Position numbers and translations under genes: made by a program. Below are positions 62,821 through 64,000 of a stretch of DNA of 64,000 nucleotides, piece after piece. The notes under the pieces are model-generated. The model had not been told where the DNA came from, searched no databases, and saw nothing but the letters and a program-made list of their open reading frames with translations. This DNA comes from Lytechinus variegatus (taxonomy: Eukaryota). The stretch is taken from NCBI RefSeq assembly GCF_018143015.1, contig NC_054742.1, positions 73,577,736 to 73,641,735 of the forward strand. The letters run 5' to 3'. Position 1 is the first letter of the stretch. Each line of letters starts with the position of its first letter.

Positions 62821-62975
62821 GATTCCAAGCCATGGCGTGTTTTCCTTCAGCAAGAAATCCACACTGTGCTGCACTCAACCCAGGTGAGGTAAATGGGTAC
62901 CGGCAGGAAGTGATTCCTCAAAAAGCTTTCCGCACCAGAATTGGTAGTCCAGCTTAGCCGGGGTATTATAGGAGC
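62821..62975 (+). mobile_element. tRNA-derived SINE, 5'-truncated copy
   Basis: Matching sequence is ggttcgattccaagccatggcg...caagaaatccacactgtgctgcactcaacccaggtgaggtaaatgggtacc. Confidence 0.65.
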
Positions 62976-64000
62976 GCATTGAGCACCTAGCAAGGTGGAT
63001 ACGTGTCGTGTACTTTACAAATCCTTTATTATTTTTTTATTTATAATTGTGAAGTTACAATGGTTGTAAGTTATTAATGAAACAGGACCCAGGGCTCAGC
63101 AGCCAATCACTATCAAGGTTTCCATGGAAGTTACAATAATTGCAATCAGTGGTGGACCGTGCCCCGAAGGAGACAAAGAATTGGAGAGGCACAGCATTGT
63201 TCACAAACAATACAGTGCCCCTCCAATCATTGTCTCCTCTGGATCATGGTCTGCCACTGTTTGCAAAGTTCCAATGGTCGTAAGTCTTTATGAAACAGTC
63301 CCCAGATCTTGTATTGTTTAAAGTCTGATTACAATCTGGATCTCATTACACCTGTCTCTCTCCGTAGGGAGTTACACTAACAACCCTTCTTATCATATAA
63401 TATGTAACTGAATGCCTTGCCTGAGGATATAGCTGCTGTATCAGGGACTGATACCAAGATGGCATCTCTTTTGTGTAGTGAGTGCGCTTGGATGACCTGT
63501 AATTCAAGGGTTCAATGAAATGACCGTTTTGTTGAACAACATTCAAACTTGTATGCGCCAGACAAAGGAGTCTGTCATTCCATGTCTTATATTTCTTTGG
63601 ACTTATTTCTTATCTTTCCTTGGACCTTTGTGTAAAAGTAGCTGTTGTGGTAACTTTGCCATCAAATGGTAACTTCCAAGGAATCCTTGGTTCTTATTGG
63701 CTGTTGGAAACTGTTACCATGGTAATTTCCATTAGTTGCCATGGTTGCAGAGTTACCCTGGAAAGTTTGTCGAGATTTTTGAAAGCTTTCTCTATTAAGG
63801 CAATTGTTGCTATGTGACATTTGTCAATACTAAGTATTCAAGTAGGGCATATTATGTTTGACAGATCTATGCATCATATACAATCTTCAAGAACATTTAT
63901 TCTCTAACTCGATCATTGTTCAGTGAATTGATTGATTCCACACAGTTTCCATAGAGTGTTACAAATATTTCAAGACAAGTAATCATATGCCTTGCCCAAG

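Noticed and set aside
1-64000. Prokaryotic-style features (operons, CRISPR arrays, defence islands, rRNA)
   Set aside because: There are no long uninterrupted ORFs, no Shine-Dalgarno or operon organisation, and no CRISPR-like spaced direct repeats. Coding signal appears only as short exons with GT-AG boundaries, and the rest is interspersed eukaryotic repeats. The periodic repeats present are microsatellites and TE subrepeats, not CRISPR.

Overview
This window reads as eukaryotic nuclear DNA, not prokaryotic. It is AT-rich, and short exons with canonical AG/GT boundaries alternate with long introns. It is packed with non-autonomous transposable elements (MITEs, foldback elements, tRNA-derived SINEs) and with micro- and minisatellites. 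The repeat families and gene structure are consistent with an invertebrate deuterostome, possibly an echinoderm, but that is low-confidence inference. I did not find anything that looks like a new multi-gene system. The only protein-coding locus I can support is a multi-exon WD40-repeat (beta-propeller) gene on the + strand. Ten exons (933..11632) have mutually consistent splice phases. Two further WD-like candidate exons lie at 12268..12766 and another WD-repeat exon lies about 25 kb downstream at 37731..37832. I cannot name the gene from sequence alone. The rest of the window is repeat landscape: (1) five copies of a ~600-bp foldback MITE with TTA/TAA-type flanks, consistent with PIF/Harbinger; (2) three near-identical ~380-bp MITEs plus a related copy; (3) three ~430-bp MITEs with ~40-bp TIRs; (4) at least seven copies, in both orientations, of a tRNA-derived SINE; (5) several small perfect-palindrome MITEs; (6) a ~1.2-kb nested foldback around a GTTACGTACGTAAC centre; (7) a ~2.5-kb composite TIR element carrying a ~700-bp GA-rich satellite and a degraded Myb/SANT-like ORF; (8) two long intronic (GGT/GAT)n minisatellites inside the WD40 gene. 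No rRNA, CRISPR or bacterial-type operon is present. The most interesting items are the nested and composite TIR structures and a splice-phase break in the WD40 gene model.
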